A stretch of 64,000 bases of DNA from Cyclobacteriaceae bacterium (GCA_046317775.1 JBKCVO010000066.1:7872-71871); one strand, 5' to 3'; shown: positions 1-9,827, counted from the first letter of the stretch. The notes: generated by a model from the letters alone, not told the origin. Numbers and translations are program-made.

Positions 1-107
1 TAAAGGAAAATGCACGCAAGGGTGGCACAGTGATACTTCTGGATAACTGTGATGAATTTAAAAATGACTGTACCAAATATATAAGGTATGAAATGGTGAG
101 CCGTTAG
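1..107 (+). CDS. 3' end of a hypothetical protein (partial, runs off the window)
   Basis: Open frame 3..107 (KENARKGGTVILLDNCDEFKNDCTKYIRYEMVSR*), followed by the same post-stop module as the other island genes. Confidence 0.55.
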   Translation, partial: KENARKGGTVILLDNCDEFKNDCTKYIRYEMVSR

Positions 108-120
108 AAGTAACTCCCTA

Positions 121-357
121 TTTATTTCTTTGCAGATCCTCCTAGGAACTCTGCGTGACACGCTACTTTACGCCAACCACCAATCCTGCCCATCCTGCAA
201 AACCTGATTCAGACAATTACAACAACACTTTTTTTGGAGGTGTGGGAGGGAAGTACGAAATTTGAACAAAGAGCCAACATAGATGTAAGTGAAACATCCG
301 CAAGTTTTGTATGCCAAGTTTCGCAGCAAAGATGTGCATACACTAATGTTGGAGGTA
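121..357 (+). repeat. Composite intergenic element, copy 1 (modules A+B+C)
   Basis: A = tttatttctttgcaga..ctctgcgtgacacgctactttac (121-171); B = aatcctgcccatcct..cctgattcagaca (182-215); C = tttttttggaggtgtgggagggaagtacgaaatttgaacaaagag...gatgtgcatacactaatGTTGGAGGT (GTT at 348). Confidence 0.85.
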
Positions 358-394
358 AATCATTTGACAGACACCAAGACCAATAATTATACAA

Positions 395-1024
395 ATGAGA
401 AAATTGATTTTAATGACATATTTAATTACAACTACTATGTTTAACATTTTTGGACAAGGAAAAGATAAATCCGAAAAGGAATTTAATAAAATTAAGTCAA
501 GAATATTTCCTGTAGTAAAAGTCGAGACTAGTGGAGAAAGTGGAAAGACTATGGAGTTTACAGCTGAGAACCAACCCGTATTCAAGAAAATAGCTGGAGA
601 CCTGTTATGCTTTTATGGAATAGACAAAGGAGATAATTTCGTTCTTTTAACAAAGAGTCAAATTCCAAGTTCTATATCAATGGACGACCTTGATAACATT
701 GCAAAGGAAAATTTATTAGAAGAAGTTCAGAGGAATTTAAAAATACATAAAACGGACTTTGGCGGACTTGGATTTACGTGTGGCGGCAATCATGAAGCTG
801 CACTTATTCTGCTACCTGAAATTTGGGGTGTCCTAATTGAAAAATTAGGTGAAAACATAGTATTTGGTGTGCCTGCCAAAGACATGAGCGTTTTTGTGAA
901 CGCTGACCAAACAGACAGCGTAAGTAAATTGCAAGAAATGATTAACGATATTCACAAAGACGGTAGCCGGCTCCTCAGCAAAAAATTGTTTAAATATAAA
1001 GCCGGACAAATTGAAGTGAACTAA
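395..1024 (+). CDS. Hypothetical protein, DUF1444-like, with signal peptide
   Basis: 209-aa ORF; hydrophobic N-terminus ending FG-Q; FTCGGNHEAALILLPEIW and VFGVPAKD segments resemble DUF1444-type proteins. Confidence 0.6.
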   Translation: MRKLILMTYLITTTMFNIFGQGKDKSEKEFNKIKSRIFPVVKVETSGESGKTMEFTAENQPVFKKIAGDLLCFYGIDKGDNFVLLTKSQIPSSISMDDLDNIAKENLLEEVQRNLKIHKTDFGGLGFTCGGNHEAALILLPEIWGVLIEKLGENIVFGVPAKDMSVFVNADQTDSVSKLQEMINDIHKDGSRLLSKKLFKYKAGQIEVN

Positions 1025-1090
1025 ACATGAACTACTCGTCTGGCACGGAAGTTAGAGGCTGTGTAAAAATCAAAAATCTCCCCGCTGCCA

Positions 1091-1170
1091 TTTTTATGTA
1101 TTTCTTCGCAGAGCCTCCTCCCAGGAACTCTGCGTGACACGCTACTTTACACTAAAAACCAATCCTGCCC
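1091..1170 (+). repeat. Composite element, copy 2 (module A + start of B)
   Basis: tatttcttcgcagagcctcctcccaggaactctgcgtgacacgctactttacactaaaaaccaatcctgccc aligns with copy 1. Confidence 0.85.
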
Positions 1171-1176
1171 GCTAGC

Positions 1177-1983
1177 GTGATGGACAAGCGAATATCCAAA
1201 ATAAAGAATGACGTGCAAGACAGAAAATCTGTTGCTTGGAAAAAACTCTGCGATTATGTTGACAAGGTTGCTATAGAAAACTATGACGAATTTTCCCCGC
1301 TAGAGGAACTTGGAGAAGAGTTGTTTGCTCAAATTCATACTTTGCCCGAGACAATCTCAAAACTCACAAAAGTTAAAAAGGTTTGGCTTTACGGCAGTAA
1401 ACTGAAGCGGATTCCACCGGAAATTGGACAGATGGAAGCACTTGAATATTTTGACCCATACACTTCATACGACCTGCATTGGTTTCCTTACGAAATTACA
1501 AAGTGCAAAAACCTTAAAGACAGTAGAGTAAGCACAAGAATATTGTATGGCAATTGGAAAAATAGAATGGGATTCCCTCGTTTAACTCATAATCCCGTTC
1601 GGTATTCAGGCGATACTTTGAATTGCAGTGTTTGTGGCAAGACTATAACTTATGAGCAAACAAATCAACTTTGGATTTCATTGAGGGTTGGAACGGATGT
1701 ATTACCTCTTTTGACAAATCTATGTTCAAAGGAATGTGAAGGTAAATTACCGACACCACCCAAAGACTACATACAATTTGCGCATAAAGGCGGTGCCGAA
1801 TTAGTACAACCTCCTGACGAAGATGAACTGTATGAAGTAGAAATGAAGAAAGAAGAGCATGAACAAGTTGAGGATGTAACAGTAATTAGTCAACCGGACA
1901 TTAACGAAGCTCCTTTAGACAATCCTACTGTAAAGAAAGGATTTTCAATGTTAAAGTTAATTAGAAAAATATGGGAGCAATAG
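1177..1983 (+). CDS. Leucine-rich-repeat-like protein with Cys cluster
   Basis: LRR-like LPETISKLTKVKKVWLYGSKLKRIPPEIGQMEALEYF; CSVC...CSKEC; acidic C-terminal tail. Confidence 0.65.
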   Translation: MMDKRISKIKNDVQDRKSVAWKKLCDYVDKVAIENYDEFSPLEELGEELFAQIHTLPETISKLTKVKKVWLYGSKLKRIPPEIGQMEALEYFDPYTSYDLHWFPYEITKCKNLKDSRVSTRILYGNWKNRMGFPRLTHNPVRYSGDTLNCSVCGKTITYEQTNQLWISLRVGTDVLPLLTNLCSKECEGKLPTPPKDYIQFAHKGGAELVQPPDEDELYEVEMKKEEHEQVEDVTVISQPDINEAPLDNPTVKKGFSMLKLIRKIWEQ

Positions 1984-2101
1984 AGTAAGTAAAATTCTTT
2001 CAAAAAAAATCTCTCTCTTTTGTAACCTTTCTCAAAAACCTTTGTAATCGTAGCATCAAAATACAACATGAGGTAGCAACTCTATTAAAAACAGAAACTA
2101 G

Positions 2102-3304
2102 ATGAAAAAAATAGTAACAATAATTTTAACCGTATGGAGTTTGGGGACATTTGCTCAAACGACTTCAAAAATTGGTAATTCATCACCCAACTTGGTATTT
2201 GAAAAAATAATCAACTTCAATCAAAATAAGGCAACCTTAGCCGATTTTAAAGGCAAAGTTGTTGTATTAGATTTTTGGGCTACTTGGTGCAGCCCCTGTA
2301 TAAAATCCCTACCCGAATTAGAAGCATTGCAAACTAAGTATCAATCTGATTTGCAGGTTATAACAATCACAAGTGACCCTGCCGAAAGAATTGAAAAGTT
2401 TTTAAGTAAAAAAGCGCTGAAGTTACCGGTTGTAATTGATGAACAGGGAAAATTAGCCACAGTTTTTCCACATCGTACTATTCCTCATACTATTGTTATT
2501 GACAAATCCGGTATAGTGAGAGCAATAACAAGTTCATCACAGATAACTGAAGAAATAATTAACAAAGTTATCAATGGTCAAGAAGTCAACATTACAGAAA
2601 AGAAAGAAGTAATGGATTTTGATCCTTCCAAACCTTTATCAGGCAACGAAAATTTTACATACCAAATTACCATTACACCATTTCAAGAAGGATACCCTTC
2701 ATTTTCAAACATTCATACGGGCGAAGGCTTTTATAAAAACAGACGAATTTATGCTACAAACCTTGGTCCCAAATCCTTATTTGAAATAGCCTATCAATTT
2801 CCTGTCTCCATCAGAACCATCGTAGAAGTAAAAGATTTCAATAAACTGAAATGGAATAAAGACAATGCAGTTTGTTTTGAATTAACTGTTCCTGATAAAT
2901 TGTCGGAACAGAGATTTGAAATAATGAAACAGCATTTGGATCTATACTTTGATTATAAAGCAGTAACAGAAGAAAGGCTAAGAAAAGTTATGGTGCTTAG
3001 ACAACTAAAAGATAGTCCGAAAATCGTATTAACAAAAAGTTCGGATAAGACAGAAGCTTCCGCAAGTTATAGTGGAAAGGGCTTGTCTATGAAAAATTCG
3101 CTTGTAAGCAAATTGGCAGAATTTCTTGAAAGCCAACTTGATATACCAGTTGTAGATGATTCGAATCTAATTGAAAAATATGATGTAGAGATAGCTTGGT
3201 ATAATGAAAATCCTCAACAGATACATCAAGAACTCAAAAAAGTAGGGCTTGAATTAGTATCTGAAGATCGAATGATTAAAGTTTTAGTCATCAAAGACAA
3301 ATAA
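2102..3304 (+). CDS. TlpA/redoxin-domain protein with additional C-terminal domain (DUF3738-like)
   Basis: Signal peptide; VVVLDFWATWCSPC thioredoxin-like motif. Confidence 0.8.
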   Translation: MKKIVTIILTVWSLGTFAQTTSKIGNSSPNLVFEKIINFNQNKATLADFKGKVVVLDFWATWCSPCIKSLPELEALQTKYQSDLQVITITSDPAERIEKFLSKKALKLPVVIDEQGKLATVFPHRTIPHTIVIDKSGIVRAITSSSQITEEIINKVINGQEVNITEKKEVMDFDPSKPLSGNENFTYQITITPFQEGYPSFSNIHTGEGFYKNRRIYATNLGPKSLFEIAYQFPVSIRTIVEVKDFNKLKWNKDNAVCFELTVPDKLSEQRFEIMKQHLDLYFDYKAVTEERLRKVMVLRQLKDSPKIVLTKSSDKTEASASYSGKGLSMKNSLVSKLAEFLESQLDIPVVDDSNLIEKYDVEIAWYNENPQQIHQELKKVGLELVSEDRMIKVLVIKDK

Positions 3305-3317
3305 AACACAAGTGCTT

Positions 3318-3474
3318 CGATTATGTTTGGGAAGGGACGGGCTACGAGATCACATCCAAGGAATAGGTATATCCATCATGAAGAAATACATTTGTCATTA
3401 AGCAGAGCCGTATGGAGACTTTCACGTACGGTTCCGTGAGAACCTAAGGCTGAAACTCCCTGGGGTGACTCGAC
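3318..3474 (+). mobile_element. 5'-truncated group II intron remnant (domains V-VI, class D/IIB-like)
   Basis: GAGCCGTATG..CACGTACGGTTC (3405-3434) is a domain V-like helix with the AGC triad, about 4 nt shorter than usual; followed by a domain VI-like stem ending GTGACTCGAC. Left boundary approximate. Confidence 0.8.
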
Positions 3475-3497
3475 TGGCGCACATTTGACTAAACGAA

Positions 3498-4714
3498 ATG
3501 AATAAAATTCTAACACTATTACTAGTTTTTACATGGGGTGCCTCTTCATCTCAAACTAAATTCAATTCGACCATAGAGTTCACCGATGATTTGACAAAAT
3601 TTCAAAGTTTGTCAAATTTCAAAAACACATTACAAAATGTTGAAATTATGGCGCTTGGAGAAAATACTCATGGGCTTGGAGAAGTGTTTACCGCAAAAAT
3701 TGAATTGGTCAAATTTTTACATGAAAAGTTAGGCTTTGATTTGATTCTATTTGAATCAGGATATGGAGACGCAGCAATGGCTTGGGAAAAATTAGATGCT
3801 CTATCAGCCAAAGAATTTACAAGTATTTTTAGCTCAAACTTTTATTATAATTCAGAGGAAATTGAAAAACTGGTAGATTACGTAAAATCAAAGGAGGGTA
3901 AGTTAAAAATACAAGGTTTCGATTGCCAACCACAACAAAATTATCTAATAAAACGAATGACCGAAATAGCTCAGCGAATAGATTCCATATTAGCTAAATC
4001 AGTTGCAGTAGAAATGAAAAAATTTAACAACCTTTATCAATTTGAGAACGACAAAGACACAATTTCATTCAATAAACAACGAGATAATTTTATTAACTTT
4101 TTGCACAAGTACAACGATTTTGTAATTAAAACAATACTGAATTATTAAATTCAGGAGTGACAAAAAATGAAATAAGTGCTTTAAAAAAATCAAACGAGAT
4201 ATTCATAAAAACGTATTCTACAATTAAAATTGGAGAATTGATGAGTTGGCCTTTGTCGGCAAATAGTAGAGATAAGGCACTATTTGAAATCGTAAAATCG
4301 TTCAAAGACGAATACCCTGAATTAAAAATTATTATTTGGGCACAAAACAGCCATATTGAAAATAAGCCAAAGCCCAATTATACTGTAAATTGGATGGGGC
4401 ATTATCTTAAGAATACTTTTGACGATAAATATTATTCAATTGGGACGGTTGTTTATAGTGGAAAAAACTTAACCTACAATGGAACTTTCGATTTTGAGCA
4501 CAAAGACACCAATCATCTTGCATATCATCTTAACCGATTTGGAAAAGAAAAATTTGTGATAGACTTAAGAAAATACAACAAAAATGATTTTACCAAAGAA
4601 CTTCTTTTAGGAATGGAAAGCAATGGAAATATGGCAGAATTCGTTGCAAAAGACAGATTTGATGGCCTGCTTTTTGTTAAGTATAGTGGTGTTCCCAAGT
4701 TGATAAAAAAATAA
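3498..4714 (+). pseudogene. Erythromycin esterase family protein, frameshifted
   Basis: MALGENTHG..LFESG in 3498..4148 and IIIWAQNSHI..YYSIG in 4157..4714; adding one A in the AAAA at 4128-4131 joins them into a 405-aa ORF. Confidence 0.8.
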
Positions 4715-4727
4715 AACACATTATGCC

Positions 4728-4926
4728 TTTATTTCTTCGCAGTCTCCTACTAAGGACTCTGCGTGACACGCTACTTTACACTAACAACAAAACCTGCCCA
4801 TCCTAAAATCTTGCATATCCTGATTCAGACAGCGTGCAGTCTACACATTTCGCAATCCGCTCCGCCCATTAACTATTAACAACTTTTTTTGGAGGAGTGG
4901 AGCGGAAGAGCGAGATTTGAACAAAT
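4728..4926 (+). repeat. Composite element, copy 3 (A+B+left part of C)
   Basis: tttatttcttcgcag..ctctgcgtgacacgctactttacactaac; cctgcccatcctaaaatc..cctgattcagaca; tttttttggaggagtggagcggaagagcgagatttgaacaaa. Confidence 0.85.
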
Positions 4927-5016
4927 GCACGAAAATTAATCACGCGTACATTTTAATGGAACCATGTGCTTATACAACTGGTAATAATACCAGTGCAAAA
5001 ATTATTGTAAGATTTA

Positions 5017-5967
5017 ATGACAACACTTATCACGAAAAGACACCCTATTAAGTTTTATTTGGTTTTAGTTTTTGCGTTTCTATTTCTTTGCGGGTTAGGC
5101 ACGTTGTTAATGTTCGTTGGCATTGACCTTTTACAAAAGGAACAACATGCCACTAAAGACTATTTATCACCTGTTTTCAGTTTTCTGTTTTACTTTCTGG
5201 CAGTTTCAATGGTTTACATTTACTGGAAAATGTCACCAATAATTACCATCGACAAGCATACCATCGTTTTTGGAACACAAACATTTTATTTAAAGAACAT
5301 TAAAGATGTTAGACTTACAGGAAAGATGCCATTCCGTTATTACTTCATGACATTTCCAATGGAAGGAACTGCAATAACTTTCAATGACGGAACAGAAATA
5401 CTTTTATTTGATGATATGTATTCTAATAGTTGGGAAATAAAATCATTTCTAGAGCAGACAGTTATCAATAAACAAGAATACAAACCAAAGTTGATAGAAA
5501 GTGTGGTTAGAAATGTGCCATATCGAGATGAAGATGTGTTTAAAGGAAATCAATTCACAAGCCTAAGAGGAATTTCGCTTTGGGGAGTTATTGGTTTTTT
5601 TATTATTATGTTGTTTAGTAAAGGAAATCCGCCTATTGCGTTATTTGTATTTTTGGGAGTATTCAGTACTTTTTGGTTTATCCTGAGTTCATGGATGATG
5701 CACTACTTTGTAGTGACAAATGATTTCTTAATTATTAAAAATCATAATTTTTTATGGATGACTAAAATTTATCCACTCTCAGAAGTTAAGGAGATTGTTT
5801 ATGAAACACAAGAAAAGCAACCAAACTCGATGAGAGTGATAACAAAAGATTTTAAGAATAAATTGTATCGGGCAGGGACGTTGAGAGACAGTACTTGGTT
5901 GGACATGAAGAAAGAACTAGAAAGAAATAAAATAAAGGTTAGAAACGAGTGTATTTTTGAAGACTAG
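5017..5967 (+). CDS. Hypothetical membrane protein (two TM-pair plus soluble-domain modules)
   Basis: 316-aa ORF with two hydrophobic helix pairs, each followed by a beta-rich PH-like segment. Confidence 0.7.
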   Translation: MTTLITKRHPIKFYLVLVFAFLFLCGLGTLLMFVGIDLLQKEQHATKDYLSPVFSFLFYFLAVSMVYIYWKMSPIITIDKHTIVFGTQTFYLKNIKDVRLTGKMPFRYYFMTFPMEGTAITFNDGTEILLFDDMYSNSWEIKSFLEQTVINKQEYKPKLIESVVRNVPYRDEDVFKGNQFTSLRGISLWGVIGFFIIMLFSKGNPPIALFVFLGVFSTFWFILSSWMMHYFVVTNDFLIIKNHNFLWMTKIYPLSEVKEIVYETQEKQPNSMRVITKDFKNKLYRAGTLRDSTWLDMKKELERNKIKVRNECIFED

Positions 5968-6012
5968 CTGAGCTGTTCGCCTTACACGTAGAGGCTTGGC
6001 CGCAAAGCCATA

Positions 6013-6025
6013 TTTATTTCTTCGC
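6013..6025 (+). repeat. Left end of module A only
   Basis: tttatttcttcgc matches the start of module A, directly after gccata. Confidence 0.5.
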
Positions 6026-6113
6026 GGGGGTAGGCGGGATTGCTAGCTTCGATTGAAATACGCTGCTTCCGTTTAGTCTATCCAGAATCAGAAATTCATA
6101 AATTTGCGATCAC

Positions 6114-6554
6114 ATGAAGAACTGGGTAGTACTATTATTCCTGATTTCAGCTTTCACAGCGTCCGGGCAGGTTAACAAATCAGCATTGTTTGGTAGATGG
6201 ATTTGCACAAACAAGGACAGCGCCTATTACACGAGCAAGTATATTGTGTTTTACAGCGACACCACTTTTATTCGTAAAAGTAATCAGTGTGAATTTGTCA
6301 CTTGGGAAATCAACGCAGAAAAGCTTTATATTATGACGTGGACTGAGTGCCTTCCTGATGGAAAGGTTCATATGAGCTTTTATTTTTCAAAACCTCGGCT
6401 TCAGCTAAACTTAAAGAAGGTGCGGAGAAAGAAGATTATTGAATTGGTAAGAGGGAAGGAGGTAATTGAACAATTTAAAATAATAGAGTTCAGCGAACAG
6501 CGGGTGGACAAAGATTCACAGGTTATTAAAATCTTAAAGCTAAAGCGGATTTGA
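6114..6554 (+). CDS. Hypothetical secreted protein
   Basis: 146-aa ORF; signal peptide ending ASG-Q; TAAATTTG (-7-like box) at 6099-6106. Confidence 0.65.
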   Translation: MKNWVVLLFLISAFTASGQVNKSALFGRWICTNKDSAYYTSKYIVFYSDTTFIRKSNQCEFVTWEINAEKLYIMTWTECLPDGKVHMSFYFSKPRLQLNLKKVRRKKIIELVRGKEVIEQFKIIEFSEQRVDKDSQVIKILKLKRI

Positions 6555-6873
6555 AATTTTCGTTTTTCTTCCTCAAGCACTGACACAATCCGCAGAAACA
6601 CGCGTTTTGATTTACACACTCTGACTCCGTTAGGCGTAAAGACTCCTCCAAGGTGTCAGATGCTTTTTCTTCTTTTTATCCTTGTTTGCTTAGTTCTATA
6701 GCCGTCTCACACCTGCTTAGCGTTTCACAAACCGAGAATTCAGCGTATATGCACAGCCGCTGCGCAAGGGTGAAACAGAGATAATCTGCTTTGCTCAATA
6801 ATTTTTCTGACTGAACTGTATCTTTTCGGTGACTTTGCCATTTTAGTATGTAAAGAACGCAAACTGCTAAAAA

Positions 6874-8112
6874 ATGAAGAAACTCCTATTTGTTCTACTT
6901 ATTATTTTGGGGGCTTGCGAGAGCCAAAACCCATTCCCATATCTCCCTTACCAGCAGCAAAACACTTCAGAGGTAGCCTATGTCAAATTGGCGAAATCAA
7001 TCGCTACCAATTCCAAAGGGGTTATAGCCAATGGACTGAATTATGTGGAGCTAGAGGTTTTGGCTTTTAATAAGTTGGACATTGGTGTGCCGTTGTATGA
7101 TTCAAAGAATGATATAATCGAAGTGCAAACAAATGGAAAGAACTTTCAACTGAGGTACCCCTTTCGATTTAGTACCACAGAAAAGGGCAGCTATTCATTT
7201 CGGTTGAAACCCAACTCCATTCCTGTCCGCGATGTCAATATTGAAATAACTGCGATCGAGCCTGTTCTATTTCGCCCCACAGTACTTCCTGTGATTTTTC
7301 ACTATTTTAATCATACAGCAAAGCCCTTATCAAATTCTCAAAAAGATTCGGTGTCAAATTATCTGTCAAAGTTAGTGGGATGGTCCAACAAGGATTTCAG
7401 TAACTTGTCTGGATCAATAGATCCGAATGCAAGTGACACTGGCATTCAACTGCAAATGGCAAAGAACGATATTCAAGGTGCTGCATTAACATGGGCGGGC
7501 GTTAACTTTATTGAAACGGGCGGCACTTCATTTCAATCAACGAAAGATTTTGAGGATTATACCTGGCAAAATTGCTTTTGGCCTCCGAAGAAGTACATAA
7601 ATGTATGGGTTGCGTTAGCTCCCTACTTTGATCCGAAATTAAACGGCTTTAGCTGGGCGTACTTTCCCGACTTCATCCAAGGATCAAGTGCCTATCCACC
7701 GGGTCTTTATGGTGTGATGTTACATCAGAGAAGTGCCTTCTCGTCTTTATTATCTCACGAGATAGGTCATATGCTAAATTTGTTTCATGTATTTGGCGAC
7801 TGCACCAGAGATGCTGATGAATGTGCAGACACATGGAGTTATTATAGGACAGTTTATGACGATCAAAGTAAATTTTCGATCGAGAAAACGAGCTGCTCTT
7901 CAGAGAGGTTTATTTCAACTAACTTGATGGACTATGGACCATCCTGGAATAATACCTTCACGTTACAGCAGGCTCTTCTTATTCAACAAACCTTAAAAGA
8001 ATGTTCATTCTTGCCAACCAAACGAAATGGGTATATACATGGGCGAGCCTTTGAAGATGCCGAAAGACCAACGAAAGCAATGGTTTCAGACAAAACGAAA
8101 TTGGTGCTGTAA
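6874..8112 (+). CDS. M43-like zinc metallopeptidase lipoprotein
   Basis: Lipobox LGAC; HEIGHMLNLFH zinc motif; NLMDY Met-turn. Confidence 0.85.
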   Translation: MKKLLFVLLIILGACESQNPFPYLPYQQQNTSEVAYVKLAKSIATNSKGVIANGLNYVELEVLAFNKLDIGVPLYDSKNDIIEVQTNGKNFQLRYPFRFSTTEKGSYSFRLKPNSIPVRDVNIEITAIEPVLFRPTVLPVIFHYFNHTAKPLSNSQKDSVSNYLSKLVGWSNKDFSNLSGSIDPNASDTGIQLQMAKNDIQGAALTWAGVNFIETGGTSFQSTKDFEDYTWQNCFWPPKKYINVWVALAPYFDPKLNGFSWAYFPDFIQGSSAYPPGLYGVMLHQRSAFSSLLSHEIGHMLNLFHVFGDCTRDADECADTWSYYRTVYDDQSKFSIEKTSCSSERFISTNLMDYGPSWNNTFTLQQALLIQQTLKECSFLPTKRNGYIHGRAFEDAERPTKAMVSDKTKLVL

Positions 8113-8237
8113 TATTCGCGTTTACATAAAGCTGGAATATAAAAAGCTAGCAATCTGCAACCAGCACCCAATATCAGCCTCTGATCGCTGTCCAAGCTAT
8201 CCTTAGTCCGCGATTAAGCATCCCCAAATTTCTCCAA

Positions 8238-8443
8238 TGACACTTTACCTAACACATCCCTTTTCACTTTAACCATCATCCTGCCCATCCTAAAATCCTA
8301 AAATCCTGATTCAGACAATTACGACAACACTTTTTTGGGAGGAGTGGAAGAGAAGCACGAAATTTGAACAAAGAGTCAGCGGATGTAAGTGAAATATCCG
8401 CAAGTTTCACAGTAAAAGATGCGCGTATCCTATGTTGGCGGTT
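8238..8443 (+). repeat. Composite element, copy 4 (degenerate A tail + B + full C)
   Basis: tgacactttacctaaca; atcctgcccatcctaaaatcctaaaatcctgattcagaca; ttttttgggaggagtggaagagaagcacgaaatttgaacaaagag...gatgcgcgtatcctatGTTGGCGGT (GTT at 8434). Confidence 0.85.
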
Positions 8444-8538
8444 ATGGTAAAATAACACGCTAAAAATGCTAAAACACTTTAAACCTTTGGGAAAATAAAT
8501 TATCTAAGGGTTGTGTTAAACTAAATGTCAGAATAATT

Positions 8539-9609
8539 ATGAAGTCGTCTACAATTCTTTTATTGCTGTTACTATCAATTTCGAGTTGTAGTAAAAATGA
8601 TGATGTTGTTCAACCTACAACATCAGAATCTATGTATTTCCCTTCCAATACAAATACTACTTGGGAAACGAAACCGCTTTCAAGTTTAGGTTGGAATCAA
8701 AACGCAATCCAACCGCTGAAAGATTTTCTTACGCAAAAAAACACAAAATCATTTATGATTCTTGTAAATGGAAGAATTGTAATGGAAGAATATTTTAATG
8801 GTCATTCTTCAAACACTACTTGGGAATGGAACAGTGCAGGTAAAACCTTAGTTGCAACTACAACGGGAATCGCACAACAAGAAGGACTATTGAACATTAA
8901 CAACAAAGCATCTGATTATTTGGGAACGGAATGGACGAGTATGCCCTTGGCAAAAGAAAACTTAATTTCCGTAAAAGATTTACTAATAATGACAGTAGGC
9001 AATGATGATACAAAACAATATGTTGTTAAAGCCAACTTAACGTATGTTGCAGACGCAGGAACGCGGTGGGCGTACAGCAATATTTTTCAAAAATTAACCG
9101 ATGTTGTTGCCGGTGCAAGCAATAAACCTTTTGAAACATATTTTAATGAGAAATTAAAAAACAAAATTGGAATAGATGGATTTTGGGAGTTTGGAACAAT
9201 CTTTACCATATACCATAGCACCACCAGAAGTATGGCAAGGTTTGGTCTTATGGCATTGGCGAAAGGAAAATGGAATAACGAACAAATTATAAATGAGACT
9301 TTTTTTAATGAAAGCATTTCAACCTCTCAAAATATCAATCCTTCTTATGGATATTTATGGTGGTTAAATGGAAAAACTAGTTTTATGATTCCGGGTGAGC
9401 AAACAGTTTATCAGGGATACTTGATTCCAAATGCACCTGCTGATATGTATTCGGCAATGGGAGCGAATGACCAACGAATTTATGTAATACCAAGTAAAAA
9501 AATGGTAATTATAAGAATGGGAGATGCGTCTGACCCTGCAAACCCAAATTTTGCGGTTTCCGGTTTTGACAACGAACTTTGGGGCAAAATAAATGCTGTC
9601 ATAAATTAA
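8539..9609 (+). CDS. Serine hydrolase (class C beta-lactamase-like family) lipoprotein
   Basis: Lipobox ISSC; SAGK (SxxK); YSN motif; YGYLWWLN. Confidence 0.85.
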   Translation: MKSSTILLLLLLSISSCSKNDDVVQPTTSESMYFPSNTNTTWETKPLSSLGWNQNAIQPLKDFLTQKNTKSFMILVNGRIVMEEYFNGHSSNTTWEWNSAGKTLVATTTGIAQQEGLLNINNKASDYLGTEWTSMPLAKENLISVKDLLIMTVGNDDTKQYVVKANLTYVADAGTRWAYSNIFQKLTDVVAGASNKPFETYFNEKLKNKIGIDGFWEFGTIFTIYHSTTRSMARFGLMALAKGKWNNEQIINETFFNESISTSQNINPSYGYLWWLNGKTSFMIPGEQTVYQGYLIPNAPADMYSAMGANDQRIYVIPSKKMVIIRMGDASDPANPNFAVSGFDNELWGKINAVIN

Positions 9610-9827
9610 AGAAGCCTACTAAGCCTCTGCACTGTCAAAGAAGAACTTCGTCTCCGGGTCAGAATTTCTATGGAGTGCAGAAATAAAATACGTGTAAAAT
9701 CGATCTCGAATGTGACTCATACTTAAACTTTCATTTAAGGTAAATTATTTACCTACTGTTTTAAAAAAGAAATTTGTTTTCTAAAGTATCTGCTATACAT
9801 ACGACTTTGCGTTAGCGGCAGTATACT

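Noticed and set aside
209-394. Minus-strand ORF (also 8276..8458)
   Set aside because: These are translations of the repeated B/C modules, not credible genes.
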